Below, in pieces: positions 63,298 through 64,000 of a DNA stretch of 64,000 bases; positions within the stretch are counted from its first letter, which is position 1; each line of letters opens with the position of its first letter. The position numbers were made by a program, and so were the translations under genes. The stretch comes from Ostreococcus lucimarinus (lineage: Eukaryota). The notes below the pieces were generated by a model that made no database searches, was not told where the DNA came from, and worked only from the letters and a program-made list of their open reading frames with translations. The DNA lies in assembly GCA_000092065.1 (NCBI GenBank), contig CP000593.1; one strand, given 5' to 3'.

Positions 63298-64000
63298 TCA
63301 ATCGCACCATCGGTCGCATCGTCCGATCGCGACCGCTCGCGACCGCTCGCGCTCGCGCTCGAGGCGGACGCGCGGGACGCCGCGGGACGACGACGAGACG
63401 ACGATCCGACGACGCGACGACGCCCGGCACAGCGACGCGCGTCGTCGTCGTCGACGTCGTCGTCGACGAGTCGCGAGCGTCGTCGACGCGCGCGCGTCGT
63501 CGACGCGCGAACGCGACGCGCGCGCCGTCGACGCCATGGCGCTGGATAGGGCGCTCGCGACGCGCGCGCGCGCGAGCGGGGCGTCGACGTCGACGTCGAC
63601 GCGCGACGCGAGCGGACGGCGACCGGGACCCGGCGCGCGAGGACGGCCGGCGAAGGGGCGCGGACGGGGGAAGGTGCGCGGCGACCGACGCGACGCGACG
63701 CGCGCGCGACGCGCGTCGATCGGGACGGGACGGGACGTCCGAGGCGCGGTTTTCGCGCGATGGGGGGGGACGGCGACGTCTAAAACCGCGAGCGACGCGC
63801 GAGAAAGGCGCGAGTGCGACTCGATGGAATCGTGACACTGACCGACGGCGATCGCGCGCGCGCAGACGACGACGAACGCGGTTTTCGACGCCTTGAAGTT
63901 TGACCCGGACAGAGTGTCGGTGGCGTTCGACGCGAGCTCGACGCGGGTGGAACCGGAGTCTTTATTGCAGCGGCGTTACACGCTGACGCACAACGATGTG

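Noticed and set aside
62996-63896. ORFs 62996..63838 (-), 63279..63896 (+), 63536..63835 (+) upstream of the desaturase
   Set aside because: R/A/S/T-rich low complexity in all frames. This is most likely the promoter/5' region, or the transit-peptide-encoding 5' end, of the desaturase rather than separate genes.
1-64000. Searched for CRISPR arrays, rRNA, tRNA, transposon ends and prophage-like modules
   Set aside because: No spaced direct-repeat arrays, no rDNA-like conserved stretches, and no obvious terminal inverted repeats or transposase or integrase ORFs were seen. tRNA genes cannot be excluded by eye, but no candidate cloverleaf region stood out in the intergenic spacers.

Overview
This window is eukaryotic nuclear DNA that is very GC-rich (roughly mid-60s percent, judged by eye) and densely packed with genes, about one gene per 1.7 kb. 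Almost all genes are single-exon, codon third positions are GC-heavy, 3' ends carry TGTAA-type poly(A) signals, and the protein set is that of a green alga (plastid starch metabolism, plant-type bZIP and WOX transcription factors, plastid transit peptides). Together this points to a small-genome marine prasinophyte of the Mamiellophyceae (Micromonas-like). No rRNA, tRNA, CRISPR array or recognisable transposon was seen.

I can support about 37 protein-coding genes. The main groups are:
- Starch metabolism: an SSI-like soluble starch synthase, a starch synthase III with three CBM53 modules, and an alpha-glucan water dikinase with tandem CBM45 modules.
- Housekeeping and regulatory genes: Ran, RACK1, prefoldin-4, a DEAD-box helicase of the DDX24/MAK5 type, an IGHMBP2-like helicase, the BIO3-BIO1 biotin-synthesis fusion, CSN7, ADA2, gankyrin, MsrB, an ACBP-ankyrin protein, an ABC1 kinase, a class-3 lipase, a DedA membrane protein, a BASS transporter, a CobW/COG0523 GTPase, an OSM1-like fumarate reductase fused to cytochrome b5, a rhodanese-like protein, a front-end desaturase, an OTU deubiquitinase, a RING-CH protein, a DUF789 protein and a Ycf37/PYG7-like TPR protein.
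- One giant gene: a 2146-aa mosaic cell-surface protein with extensin-like proline repeats, four PAN/apple modules and three plant-type 8-cysteine motifs.

Three introns were found by hand: in Ran, in RACK1 and in a small cysteine-rich gene. All three use a GTGCG donor, a CTRAC branch point and a YAG acceptor.

The most unusual features are the giant mosaic protein with internal DNA tandem repeats, the co-location of three starch-metabolism genes, several divergent gene pairs whose start codons are only 33-132 bp apart, and a locally lower-GC, probably multi-intron locus of unknown function at about 58.0-59.6 kb. Many long ORFs in the six-frame track are antisense artefacts of the GC-rich composition and were not called.
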